Shown: positions 8,718-18,340 of the stretch, in pieces | Layout: every line of letters begins with the position of its first letter | Position numbering within the stretch: position 1 is the stretch's first letter | NCBI GenBank assembly: GCA_902802905.1 | Contig: CADCNT010000004.1 | Location: 13,073-77,072, forward strand | Origin: an uncultured Erysipelotrichaceae bacterium | GTDB taxonomy: Bacteria; Bacillota_I; Bacilli_A; RFN20; CAG-826 | Direction: 5' to 3' | DNA: 64,000 bases | The notes under the pieces: generated by a model | Seen by the model: the letters and a program-made list of their open reading frames with translations, nothing else | What the model was told of the DNA's origin: nothing | Databases searched by the model: none | Translations under genes and position numbers: made by a program

Positions 8718-11576
8718 TTACACCTCTGTCAACACCGCAACCACTTTAATATATGGTTGTTTTTCAATTTCAATTGTGTCTGTATACCATTTTTCATATT
8801 CTTCGAATATTTCATCGATTTTATTCTTTTTTTGTCTGAGCAGCCTTGCTTTTGCACTCATGTTTGCATCATCAAACAAACCAACTTGTTCCACATCGAT
8901 TTCGTTGCTCAAGAAGTGCTTGTTATGAAGTTCTTCTAATCTATCCAAAAGATTGAGAAGGATTGGATTATTTTTATCTTTATATTCATCACATTTTGTA
9001 TCTAAAAGTTTTCTAACTTGAGCAATAGCATCACCCAAACTGGATGTACATGAAGATAAGATTTCTTTAGTAACAAGATTTTCATTTGGAATACTCATGT
9101 TATTTAATCTTGTGCTCTCGATGAGTTCTTTCATCGATAAAGCTTTTTCAAACTTATTATTTTTATAAACTAGACCAAACCATTCATCGATAACTGGCGT
9201 TGATTTTCTGTTGAACACAGTTCCAGAAACAATATAAATTGTTTTCTTGTCTCCACCATTTGATTTAAAACCTAAAACAGGGGCCTCTCCTCTTCCAAAC
9301 AACAAGCCTACTTTATCGTTAATCCAATTAAAGATTGGATGCAATTTCCACAAGTATTGAGCTGATGGCCAAGCATTTTCAGACAAATCATTTTGCATAC
9401 ATCTAGCCATCTCTTTCATTATGAAATTTTTATCTGGGCTCAATTTTAATTTGTCATCATCTGGCAACGATTCATCTGGAAGTGATGCTTTAAGCCTCTT
9501 TTTCATTTCATCAGAAAGCTTCAATTCAACGCCTTGAACCGTTGATAAATCCCTAACTAAATATCTATCTTCTTCTTGAAGTGTCCCGATTGCGTATTTT
9601 AAATAAGTTAAGTCTGTAAATAATGTTTCTTTTTCAACCACTTCGATTGGTTTAGAAGCTTCATCATCAGTTTGTTGCATCAATATCTCAAACGGATTGA
9701 ATTCTTCAGATGATGTGTCTAAAGTTTGGCCAAATTCTTCTGCGTCAGTTCCTTTTTCAATTGCAGCAGCAGTTTCCAATTCTTCTTCTTCGACATTAAA
9801 CTTGCCCATTAATAAAGCTGGGTCGCCAATGTTTTTATATGCTTGTTCTTCTTTTTGAATAAGAATATGCATAATACGAGTATCACCATTAATCTTTGAA
9901 TTGTTACTTTGAATAAGGAAATATCTAATATCTGGTTTAACTTTTTGTCCGTATCTATCGATTCTTCCGTTTCTTTGTTGAAAAACCATAAGTGACCACG
10001 GAATATCAAAGTGGATTAATCGATGGGACAAATAATGCAAGTTAATACCTTCAGAAGCAACATCGGAGGCCACCAAAATTCTAATTGGTGACTCTTTTCT
10101 TCCAAAATCATCAACAATCTTTTGTTGCTCAACATCTGACATTCCACCATACATTTCTTGAATAGAATTTGTAGGCATTTTTAGGTCTTTTCTAAGTTGA
10201 TTAGCAAGCCATTTCATTGTTTCTATACGTTCGGTAAAGATGACAATTCTGTCTTCTGTATTATTTTTATTCCAACCGTATTCTTTACTATTTAGCAAAG
10301 CTAGTAGTTCTTGATATCTTGAAAAATCTTCTGCTTTTATATCTTCAAGAAGAACTTTCAATTTTCTAAGTGTTTCGATATCGATAAAGTTGCCTTCGCC
10401 ATATTTAGCAACAAGCTTTTTAACTCTTTCATCAATGCTCTTAATACACGCTGCAGGAGATGAAAACATAGCCTTCTCTAAACTGGTCTTAAAAAGAGTT
10501 CCAATTCCTTGTGTTCCACCTTTATCCATTTCGAGCTTCATATCAGCAAAATAATCAAAGGCAAACTCCTCATACATTGATGCGTAACATTTTTGAATAC
10601 TAACTTCTCTATCTTTAAAAGAAGAGGCTAGTTGACTATTAACATCTTTTTTAAAACGTCTAATGCACAATCCTTTAATGTCTTCCTTTGTATAATGATG
10701 AATATCCGCGATTGCGGTTGGATCCAACATATTCATTAAGGAAGCAAAGCTTTCTGCTCTACCATCATGTGGAGTGGCAGATAGCAAAATCAAAGTATCG
10801 CTTCTTTTTGAAAGGAGCTGAGCTAGTTTAGCTCTTTGAGCTTGATGTTGACCACGCTCTGCAACATTATGAGCTTCATCGATAACAATAATGTCCCAAT
10901 ATGCTTGCTCTAAGTGTGTTCTATATTCAACGTCTCTCTTGAGAGTATCGATAGAAACGATTGTCTTGTCATAATAGAAAAACGGATTATAGTTTGATGG
11001 TAAATTGGCTCTGATTCTTTGAATCTTGTTTGAATCTAATCTGACTAAAGGTATCGAGAATCTGTTCCACATTTCCTTTTGGAACTGCATCATCATACTT
11101 TTAACAGTGACTACCAAGATTCTTTTGCCTTTGCCTCTAGCGATTAATTCGGACATCAAAATACCAGCTTCAAGCGTTTTACCTAAGCCAACCGAGTCAG
11201 CAATGAGTATTCTTTGTCTTGGGCTGCTAAGAGCCATGTTTGCTGGAACTAATTGATATTCCATTAAGTCCATCGCTGCTTTTTGCCCAATGCAAAGCTT
11301 AGAATCAGTAGGAATTTGTTGTCTTAAAGCAGATTCAATAAATAATTTAGATTTTCTAAAAGAAGGCGATGTATCCGCAATCAACTTTGTTTTAACTGGG
11401 TCCACTACGTCTATTTGTTCTAAATCTGAGAGAAAAATTGATTCTTTGTCTTTTACTAATGGTGATATTCCGATGCAATAGATGCTTTGTTGATTAAAAG
11501 AGTTTTTCTCGATTCTCTTTATCATCCATTCCTCATCTCTAATAATCACTCGTAAACCAGGAGCTAAATCTGCCAT
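8718..11576 (-). CDS. drmD: SNF2-family helicase, DISARM DrmD-like, 952 aa
   Basis: Motif I ILIADSVGLGKTLEAG, motif II VIVIDEAHNV and a C-terminal helicase domain (ILVASDVASEGINLHYL...QRNGRIDRYGQK) are present. It is the first gene of the SNF2 / methyltransferase / DExH operon. Confidence 0.8.
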   Translation of the reverse strand: MADLAPGLRVIIRDEEWMIKRIEKNSFNQQSIYCIGISPLVKDKESIFLSDLEQIDVVDPVKTKLIADTSPSFRKSKLFIESALRQQIPTDSKLCIGQKAAMDLMEYQLVPANMALSSPRQRILIADSVGLGKTLEAGILMSELIARGKGKRILVVTVKSMMMQFQKEMWNRFSIPLVRLDSNKIQRIRANLPSNYNPFFYYDKTIVSIDTLKRDVEYRTHLEQAYWDIIVIDEAHNVAERGQHQAQRAKLAQLLSKRSDTLILLSATPHDGRAESFASLMNMLDPTAIADIHHYTKEDIKGLCIRRFKKDVNSQLASSFKDREVSIQKCYASMYEEFAFDYFADMKLEMDKGGTQGIGTLFKTSLEKAMFSSPAACIKSIDERVKKLVAKYGEGNFIDIETLRKLKVLLEDIKAEDFSRYQELLALLNSKEYGWNKNNTEDRIVIFTERIETMKWLANQLRKDLKMPTNSIQEMYGGMSDVEQQKIVDDFGRKESPIRILVASDVASEGINLHYLSHRLIHFDIPWSLMVFQQRNGRIDRYGQKVKPDIRYFLIQSNNSKINGDTRIMHILIQKEEQAYKNIGDPALLMGKFNVEEEELETAAAIEKGTDAEEFGQTLDTSSEEFNPFEILMQQTDDEASKPIEVVEKETLFTDLTYLKYAIGTLQEEDRYLVRDLSTVQGVELKLSDEMKKRLKASLPDESLPDDDKLKLSPDKNFIMKEMARCMQNDLSENAWPSAQYLWKLHPIFNWINDKVGLLFGRGEAPVLGFKSNGGDKKTIYIVSGTVFNRKSTPVIDEWFGLVYKNNKFEKALSMKELIESTRLNNMSIPNENLVTKEILSSCTSSLGDAIAQVRKLLDTKCDEYKDKNNPILLNLLDRLEELHNKHFLSNEIDVEQVGLFDDANMSAKARLLRQKKNKIDEIFEEYEKWYTDTIEIEKQPYIKVVAVLTEV

Positions 11577-11667
11577 TGATACTATATTCCTTTACGTCCG
11601 TTGGTTTTAAGTTTATCACAGGAAGAAACAATTTTTAATTATTTCCGCGCGAAACTTCCCGCACATG

Positions 11668-11700
11668 AAAAAACCTCTGATAAACAGAGGTCGTCTTTTG
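11668..11700 (-). terminator. Rho-independent terminator closing the satellite's minus-strand operon
   Basis: Stem CCTCTG / CAGAGG with loop ATAAA. On the minus strand it is followed by a run of six U. It lies just downstream of the 11722 gene end. Confidence 0.6.
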
Positions 11701-11721
11701 TCCTTAAAAACTATGCGCTTA

Positions 11722-11958
11722 TTAAAACACACCTAAGACATCAGAAACAGGTACAGTAACATTGACGTTGTCTCTAATCATAAGATGAACTTGGTCATCA
11801 TTAACATCGCCACCACTAACGTTTAATTTAACAAATGTTTCTTGGTATGGATGATCATCTAGCGAAATACTTAGGATTTCACCAACAATGATATGTTTGC
11901 CTTCTTCTCTGAGAACAGCCTTAACTTTAATACCTATTTTTAATTCGCTTGTCTTCAT
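11722..11958 (-). CDS. Small hypothetical protein (79 aa from an internal ATG with an AGGAGG RBS), last gene of the satellite operon
   Basis: The ORF is 11722..11988. ATG at 11958 is preceded by AGGAGG. There are no recognisable motifs. Confidence 0.5.
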   Translation of the reverse strand: MKTSELKIGIKVKAVLREEGKHIIVGEILSISLDDHPYQETFVKLNVSGGDVNDDQVHLMIRDNVNVTVPVSDVLGVF

Positions 11959-12056
11959 TTTTTTGATTCCTCCTAATACATACATCACTCATAAGAGTGA
12001 TAATATCAACACAATTCACAATATTTGACGTAACAAAAAATAGTGAGAAAACCCCA

Positions 12057-12623
12057 CTATCTTCTTCTACCTCCATGTTGATCCCACCACGTTCCATTAA
12101 GTAGGCTTTCCATTACGTCATCTCTTGGATTGTTATAACGGAAGTCAACCGATGAATTTTCCTTAACAATTTGGTAGATCTGGTTCCATGCACAGGTAGA
12201 TTGTTTCATAAAGTTTGAAGCCATATTAACGTATGGCGATTGAATTGGTCCTCCAGTAGTTGGATGCTTAGCAATTAAACCATATTTAGTTACTGCTTCT
12301 GCGCATTGAATATATCTAGCCTGTGATATTGCGTATTGTTCAATTAAATGAGTAGGAACTAGTTTTTCACATTTAACTCTAACCAACCATTTATATGTTT
12401 CTTCAAATAGTTCTTTAGCCGCAAATGTTGTTCCATCTCTTTGAGGAGCATAGAGATATTCTTTAATAGGTGGCATATCCACTGCTTGTAAATCTTCACC
12501 GATATCTATTTCGGTTAGTTTTCTTCCACCTGGATTACCATTTTCTAATTTTTCGATGTTGGATTTTTTCTTTCTGCCGGCTCCAACTCTTTTACCGCCA
12601 TGTAATGTAGAATTCATTGTCAT
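12057..12623 (-). CDS. terS: Phage terminase small subunit, P27 family
   Basis: The N-terminus is basic and Gly-rich (GGKRVGAGRKKK...GNPGGRKL). The core YAISQARYIQCAEAVTKYGLIAKHPTTGGPIQSPYVNMASNFMKQ matches the P27-family TerS pattern. Confidence 0.75.
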   Translation of the reverse strand: MTMNSTLHGGKRVGAGRKKKSNIEKLENGNPGGRKLTEIDIGEDLQAVDMPPIKEYLYAPQRDGTTFAAKELFEETYKWLVRVKCEKLVPTHLIEQYAISQARYIQCAEAVTKYGLIAKHPTTGGPIQSPYVNMASNFMKQSTCAWNQIYQIVKENSSVDFRYNNPRDDVMESLLNGTWWDQHGGRRR

Positions 12624-13019
12624 TTCTCCTTCAATCTTGATTTAGGGGTTATACCCAACTTGATTTCGCTTTTTTTGTGCGTGCAACCCCACGCCGGTGT
12701 CCATCTTTTTATTCGTAGAGATTTTGACCCCCCTACCCCTAATAAGTGTCTACTCACCTGTTCAAGCAAGGCCTCGATTAGAATTTCTAGAAATATCTTC
12801 AGTTTTCCAAAATTTCTGCCCCGCGTATTTCTGAGGTGCTGCCACCGATACTATCAAATACTAAGTATTTGCAGACCGGGGGGGAGTAAAAAGTAGCTGG
12901 ACTCACGGACTCACTGGACTGTTAATTTCTATAAAATCCTAAAACGCGTATTTAATTGTCTATACTGAATTAAAATTACGATTTGGATATTCTATATATT
13001 TTAGAGTCCAGTCAGTCCG
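12624..13019. other. Noncoding region that is GC-richer than its surroundings. Iteron-like GGACT(C/G)AC repeats in inverted arrangement flank an 80-bp AT-rich core. This is a putative replication origin or packaging region.
   Basis: G/C runs (GACCCCCCTACCCC, CCGGGGGGGAG) are unusual for this genome. GGACTCACGGACTCACTGGACTG at 12899-12921 is nearly inverted at 13003-13020 (GAGTCCAGTCAGTCC). There is no convincing ORF. The region lies immediately downstream of the primase/rep gene. Confidence 0.45.
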
Positions 13020-15377
13020 CTACTTCTTTTTTCTGATATAGACTGTTTGCTTTCCATATGGACCCATTGTCTTTCTTTTATCAGTCTTATCCCAGCCTTC
13101 TATCTGCATTAAGATAGCAGCGATGGCTCTACCTTCTTTACCATCAAAGTCACCTTTATCCTTATTGAAACACTCACAGAATATTTCCATAGGACTTGCT
13201 TCTTCTCTTTGATAGATAGCCGGACCAAATGGTTCTTTTGGTGTGTGATAACTATCAAACTCTTTATTGAAGTAATACCTTCTATCTTCAATGCTGAAGT
13301 CATCCCAGTTATCTGGAAGCATCTCTTCTAAATACTTTTCAACAATACCTACACGATCATCTTTTTCCATCGCGTTATTTTGGTATTGGGTAGCGATATC
13401 TAGATACTCACCACTTAGGAATAACTCTTCACCACTTTCATAGTAATGTTTAGCTTCCGCCCATAACTGGTCTTTGAAGTGCTTATCAAAATTGAAATTA
13501 GGAATAACGTTTGTGGAGTTAATCTTAATTACCCAGAATCTTCTATTACCAGTTAAGTCTCTGAGGTAACCTTGTTCGCCATTGACAGTGGCAAAGATAA
13601 TACAGCTTCTAGGATGCCATTCAACATGTTTTCCATAGGAGGCGCGATACTTATCATCGGTAGAAGAGATAAAAGCTTTTACCTTTTCAATGTCCGCTTT
13701 GCGCATACCCGCTAGTTCTTGAATTTCAATCACCCAGAAGCCTTGCACCTTCTCGCCTGCTTTCTTTGTATCTTCCATATCGGATAACTGTAATGAATCT
13801 GAGAAGAAGTCTGGATTCACTAATGATTTGATAATTGTTGATTTGCCAACACCTTGTTTGCCATCAAGGACAATGATGTTATCAAATTTAATACCAGGTT
13901 GATAGATTCTTGCTATAGCAGCAGCAAACCATTTTCTAGTTACTTCTTTTGTGTATGCATTATCATCCGCATCTAAATATTTAATAAATAATGTTTCTAC
14001 GCGTTTTACGCCATCCCACTTAGGCAAGTTATCTAGATAATCTTTAACAGGATTGAACGCTCTATCTTCAGTAACTTTTTTAAAGGCATTCTCGAAGTTT
14101 CTATCACTAAAGTCACAATAATGTTTAGCGATATAAATCTTTAATTGAGAGTCATCTGTGTCTCGCCAATACTTAGTGGATGTCGCTCTTGTCCAAGGCA
14201 CTTCTCCTCTAACTTCAGCGGTGTTAGCTAAAGTGTTATAGGCAATGTTTTTAAGCTTCTCATCGTTTTGAAGAATGATGACTAAGTTATTTACATCATT
14301 AGCAATAACACCATCATCGTTTTTAACTAGTTGTCTCATCCAATTTAGGTCGACATCATCATCGAAGTCTTTCTTGGCTTCTTCGATTCTTTCATCAGAG
14401 ATAAGTGTTTTAACTTTTTCATCACTTCTAGCATATTCCACCATCTTTTTAAAGGAAGGCTTATCATCGCCAAATAAATGGATTCTTACTAGATTAAATG
14501 AATTAAGAGTTTGTCCCGCTGCTGGGTCATTAGCGTGATGCGAATAAAAGAATTTATCATCATAATTGATTGCGCCCGCTACTGAGGATGATGGGATATA
14601 GTGATATCTATTGCCGCCAACCTCTTCATAAATATTAGATAAGAAAGTATCAATTGCTTCACTAATTGAGTAGGCTCTACAGAAAGCTCCTACTATTCCA
14701 TCTTTCTCAAGCGGATCAGCTTGTTTTCTACCAACTGAACCACTATTGACGTGAGTCTCTTTTTCTTTCTTTGGAAGAGTTGTTAAATCACTCCAATTAG
14801 GGTATTTAGAAAGAAAAGAGTCAGGATTTAGAGGGGTTTTCTCTATTTTTTCATAAATATAGATTCCATCGTAAGGCGTACTTGGCCAATACATTAATTG
14901 ATTAGTTTGAAAGCTAACTGGGTCCACTTGTTCTATGCCTAATTCAGAAGCAAGCAATCTAGAAATAGCGACATATTCATCACCTTCAACATCTCTAGTT
15001 AAAGGAATAATAATTCTGTATCTAGGTGAATCTGGTCTATGCCCGTGAGTTGAATATAAGCAACACGTGTATTCGAAGTCTCTTTTAAACTTATCGATGA
15101 AGCCTAGTTCAGCATCATCAAGGTCTAAAGTGACCATACTTCTATATTCCACATTGTTTTTAAGCCTTTGAGGACTACTAAGTTTGCCGCCTACAAAACC
15201 GCCATGATCTTTAGCTTCTTGTTTTTGGTCTTTTACAAAGTGTTTATAATCCTCCACTGTTTCGGAGGTATATATTGTTTTAGAAAGCTTTTCACATAAC
15301 TGTTCCCATGTTACTTTCTTATTGGTCCACTTCTTGCTATTGACTCTTTGCCCAATAGCGATAATTAAATCTCTCAT
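13020..15377 (-). CDS. Primase/replication protein with a VirE-family C-terminal P-loop domain, 785 aa
   Basis: The P-loop is IIVLDGKQGVGKSTIIKSL. VirE-like segments NRRFWVIKI and YRASYGKHVEWHPRSCIIFATVN are present. The N-terminal domain is primase-like. Its start overlaps the upstream gene (ATGA). Confidence 0.8.
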   Translation of the reverse strand: MRDLIIAIGQRVNSKKWTNKKVTWEQLCEKLSKTIYTSETVEDYKHFVKDQKQEAKDHGGFVGGKLSSPQRLKNNVEYRSMVTLDLDDAELGFIDKFKRDFEYTCCLYSTHGHRPDSPRYRIIIPLTRDVEGDEYVAISRLLASELGIEQVDPVSFQTNQLMYWPSTPYDGIYIYEKIEKTPLNPDSFLSKYPNWSDLTTLPKKEKETHVNSGSVGRKQADPLEKDGIVGAFCRAYSISEAIDTFLSNIYEEVGGNRYHYIPSSSVAGAINYDDKFFYSHHANDPAAGQTLNSFNLVRIHLFGDDKPSFKKMVEYARSDEKVKTLISDERIEEAKKDFDDDVDLNWMRQLVKNDDGVIANDVNNLVIILQNDEKLKNIAYNTLANTAEVRGEVPWTRATSTKYWRDTDDSQLKIYIAKHYCDFSDRNFENAFKKVTEDRAFNPVKDYLDNLPKWDGVKRVETLFIKYLDADDNAYTKEVTRKWFAAAIARIYQPGIKFDNIIVLDGKQGVGKSTIIKSLVNPDFFSDSLQLSDMEDTKKAGEKVQGFWVIEIQELAGMRKADIEKVKAFISSTDDKYRASYGKHVEWHPRSCIIFATVNGEQGYLRDLTGNRRFWVIKINSTNVIPNFNFDKHFKDQLWAEAKHYYESGEELFLSGEYLDIATQYQNNAMEKDDRVGIVEKYLEEMLPDNWDDFSIEDRRYYFNKEFDSYHTPKEPFGPAIYQREEASPMEIFCECFNKDKGDFDGKEGRAIAAILMQIEGWDKTDKRKTMGPYGKQTVYIRKKK

Positions 15378-15892
15378 GGATTTTCATCCTCCTCGTCTTT
15401 ATTAGATTCTTCGTCCGCTCCAATAAATCGAGCGGCGTTCACCCATTCTTCTGGCTCATTCTTTTTCTCCATTATTTCAATCATGAATTTCTTTGGATCA
15501 AAGTCTTTACCAAACTTCATAATGAGGATGTACTTAATTACTTCAAAATCAGGTGGATAGTATTTTTCATCTTCAGTGACTTTAGTTTCTGTTCCACCGA
15601 TAGGATTCTTTCTCATTGTTTTGGATGTTGTTTTCTCTTTATGACCCATAGCTTTGGTCTTTAAAGCAGAGAATAAATCCTGAAGTAATAAAGCTTCTCC
15701 ATCAGATATGGCTTGTTGAATTTCTGGGTGTTTATCTTTTAGGGCGATAAAGGTTTGTTCACTTATACCCAAGTCATGACACATGTCTTTTTGTGTGTAG
15801 AAAGTAGCTGAAGCCGCTTTGATATAATCAAGCTTTGACTTTAGCACACCTGTTCTTTCCCACATTTGATATGTATCTTCTTTCCTACGCAT
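15374..15892 (-). CDS. Hypothetical protein with a putative HTH (DMCHDLGISEQTFIALKDKHPE) and an acidic C-terminus
   Basis: The ORF is 15374..15898. ATG at 15892 has a GAGGTG RBS. It is translationally coupled to the primase. Confidence 0.6.
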   Translation of the reverse strand: MRRKEDTYQMWERTGVLKSKLDYIKAASATFYTQKDMCHDLGISEQTFIALKDKHPEIQQAISDGEALLLQDLFSALKTKAMGHKEKTTSKTMRKNPIGGTETKVTEDEKYYPPDFEVIKYILIMKFGKDFDPKKFMIEIMEKKNEPEEWVNAARFIGADEESNKDEEDENP

Positions 15893-16017
15893 AAGCACCT
15901 CACAAAATGGAGAGAGGCACCTTAGTGGTTAGTGGCTATGTTTGTTAAAGTGCCACTCTCCAAATTAGATGATAAATCATCTAATCCAGTATCGCCTAGG
16001 TGATAGATAGGTGCTAT

Positions 16018-16452
16018 TTAATCAATTGGCTCTTGGCCTTCATATAAAGTACCATTATGGCGAGAGCATCTAAGGACATTAACAATGAAGTCTAATCCTC
16101 TGATTATCGTGCTTAATTCACAGTCACCACCAAGGATGATTTCAACACCACCGTTACCGCTATTTTCTATTGGCTTAACCCTAATATCAGTACAACTAGC
16201 ATCTTCAATGCGAATATATGTACGTCCTCCGTGCCCGCTATCCCCACCTTCATAGCCAGTAGTTCCAGCAGTAACTTCAAGGAAATTAGCACTAACAATG
16301 TGTTTCTTAAATATTGGAAATTCTGATCTATCAACTTTAATTGTTGAATAAGATACTTCATCAGGTTCTTCAATGTCGTGTTTCCACTCATCACCGAATT
16401 TTAATTTGAAGTATTCTTTTGGTAATTCAATAAATGGATATTCATTTTTCAT
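16018..16452 (-). CDS. Hypothetical protein
   Basis: The ORF is 16018..16461. There is a GGAG RBS for ATG at 16452. It has no recognised motifs. Confidence 0.55.
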   Translation of the reverse strand: MKNEYPFIELPKEYFKLKFGDEWKHDIEEPDEVSYSTIKVDRSEFPIFKKHIVSANFLEVTAGTTGYEGGDSGHGGRTYIRIEDASCTDIRVKPIENSGNGGVEIILGGDCELSTIIRGLDFIVNVLRCSRHNGTLYEGQEPID

Positions 16453-16467
16453 AGCTATCATTCTCCA

Positions 16468-16782
16468 TTAATGTTGTTCAGGGTACTTGAGTTTTAAATA
16501 CTCATCGTGCCAATAAAAGATTAAGTCAGCTAGTGCTGGAGCGATTTCTTTGTACCAAATAACATCTTCTGGTACATGGGTTTTTAGATAGTCATTAAGC
16601 ATATCAATATCTGCTTCAAATACTTCTTCAACCTTTCTACTAACATAGCAAGCAAATGATTCAATCCATGTGAATGCTGAATAAGCTTCTGGATAATTAT
16701 CATCATTTATTTCAGGATATTTTAGGCGAAAGAATCTGTAAGCTTGATCAAGGATATCGAATTCAATTTTTGTTTTTTTCAT
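16468..16782 (-). CDS. Hypothetical protein (104 aa from ATG 16782 with an AAGGAG RBS)
   Basis: ORF 16468..16806. The internal start at 16782 has a good RBS. Confidence 0.55.
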   Translation of the reverse strand: MKKTKIEFDILDQAYRFFRLKYPEINDDNYPEAYSAFTWIESFACYVSRKVEEVFEADIDMLNDYLKTHVPEDVIWYKEIAPALADLIFYWHDEYLKLKYPEQH

Positions 16783-16922
16783 AAATAAAGTTCTCCTTGA
16801 GCCCAAAAAGGACTCTAACTATTTAGCGAGAGCCCTAAATATTAATAATGATTTATGCACGTCTTCTAATGTGGATATGAAATAGGCACGCATCAATTAA
16901 TAAATAGAGCTTTCGCTTCTTT

Positions 16923-17177
16923 TTAAGACTCGTCATCATCACTTATTAACGATTCTTGATAAGCAATTTCCTCTTTCCAGATGACTTCAATAGGAATGTC
17001 TAGAGCAATGGCTAGTGAGTTTAGCGTCCTAAACTGAATCGCACTACCGATAACACCATTTTCTATGCGGTTATAATGTTGATGACAAACGCCCATATCT
17101 AGAGCAACGCGATATTGTGAATAACCAAGTTTTTGTCTTGCATTCACTAAGTACATTCTTATCGGGTGGTACTTCAT
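16923..17177 (-). CDS. Cro-like XRE-family HTH regulator, 84 aa
   Basis: HTH motif LGYSQYRVALDMGVCHQHYNRIENG. It is divergent from the cI-like gene. Confidence 0.75.
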   Translation of the reverse strand: MKYHPIRMYLVNARQKLGYSQYRVALDMGVCHQHYNRIENGVIGSAIQFRTLNSLAIALDIPIEVIWKEEIAYQESLISDDDES

Positions 17178-17445
17178 ATCGTTTGCTCCTTTCTATGTGT
17201 TTTTTCACATCAACTCTTGGTATGGAGATCCACTTGCATTTAGTTGCGAGTTTGACTCCTGACCACAACACAAGAATATCGCATCGTTTGATAAAAAACA
17301 GGCCTTTTCAACACTCTAAAGTCACTTGCAACTATGTTGAAACAAACAGCCATTTTTCTATTTTGTTTTTTGATTTGCGCAACCATTTATTAACATTTGA
17401 ATTAAAGTCCTATTATCTTAGCAACTAAAGTGCTAATATGAGTTC
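17178..17445. promoter_or_regulatory. Divergent promoter/operator region of the satellite lysogeny switch
   Basis: An extended -10 (TGCTAATAT, 17433-17441) ends 4 nt before the cI-like ATG, which implies a leaderless mRNA. A near-palindrome TTGCAACTATGTTGAAA lies within the region. Confidence 0.5.
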
Positions 17446-18225
17446 ATGAAATTCACCGAAAAAATGGAAAAACGATACAAAATCGGCCAATGTATCGCAA
17501 GTTACAGAGATTTAGCTAATGAGACTCAACAAGATTTAGCCAAGCTTCTTAGAGTAAGCAGACAATATATTTCGAATATTGAAAGTGGAATATCGAATCT
17601 TCCATTAGATAAAGCGAAAATTATTGCTGACCACTATCACATTCCCGTTTCGAGACTTCTTGGAGACGAAAGCGCCAGTCCCTCTGAATCGCTTCAAATG
17701 ACTGTTTATAAGGAAGCTAGTAGGATGGAGCCAGTTGGAATGGCTATTGTTGTATCGAGACATTATTTAGAAAAACAAAAATATAAAAATAGGAAAAAAG
17801 AGATGGTAGATAAGACATACCGCCTCGATAATAATGTCTTTGGTTTAGTTAGTGATGATTTATACGCTATTGAAATATCTAATAGCAGCAAAACATTGAA
17901 CGTTCCTGCTGGTTCAAAAGCTATTGTTCATAAAATAACTAACGAAAGCCAAAAACCTGATTTTAAAAAGCCCACACTGGTTGTATTGCGTTGGTTAGGA
18001 ACAGCAGAAGCTCCAGAAGAACTTGGGATTGCTTATGAAAAATATGTTAAGGAACATCCTGTAGAGAATATTTTTATATCTTTAGTTGATCCCACAAAGA
18101 AAGCAAAATACAATGGGCAAACCTTAATTCAATACACGATGGCTAATGAAACTTTGTTCGCAACTATAGATGAATTAAAGGAAATGTGCGTGGGCATAGT
18201 CAAAAAGGTCGTTATTGATTATTAG
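17446..18225 (+). CDS. cI/Stl-like repressor, with an N-terminal XRE HTH and a C-terminal domain of unknown type, 259 aa
   Basis: HTH motif TQQDLAKLLRVSRQYISNIESG. It is divergent from the Cro-like gene and upstream of the integrase. Confidence 0.75.
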   Translation: MKFTEKMEKRYKIGQCIASYRDLANETQQDLAKLLRVSRQYISNIESGISNLPLDKAKIIADHYHIPVSRLLGDESASPSESLQMTVYKEASRMEPVGMAIVVSRHYLEKQKYKNRKKEMVDKTYRLDNNVFGLVSDDLYAIEISNSSKTLNVPAGSKAIVHKITNESQKPDFKKPTLVVLRWLGTAEAPEELGIAYEKYVKEHPVENIFISLVDPTKKAKYNGQTLIQYTMANETLFATIDELKEMCVGIVKKVVIDY

Positions 18226-18340
18226 CATATTCTCATCACCTATTATCAAATTGTCTCCTCAAATATACTAAGGACGGATATGAAATAGGGACCATCTTGG
18301 TCAAACGTCTTCTTGGTGCAATCACCGAGGAGACTTTTTT

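Noticed and set aside
11577-11721. Searched the satellite boundaries (11577-11721 and 20269-20322) for tRNA/tmRNA 3' ends or long direct repeats as att sites.
   Set aside because: No tRNA-like cloverleaf or CCA-end context was found. Serine integrases use short attB sites with a 2-bp crossover, so the absence of repeats is uninformative. The boundaries remain undefined.
12660-12896. 78-aa plus-strand ORF in the GC-rich gap between terS and pri.
   Set aside because: It has Cys/Pro/Arg-rich composition, no RBS and is antisense to the operon. The region is better explained as noncoding (origin or RNA).
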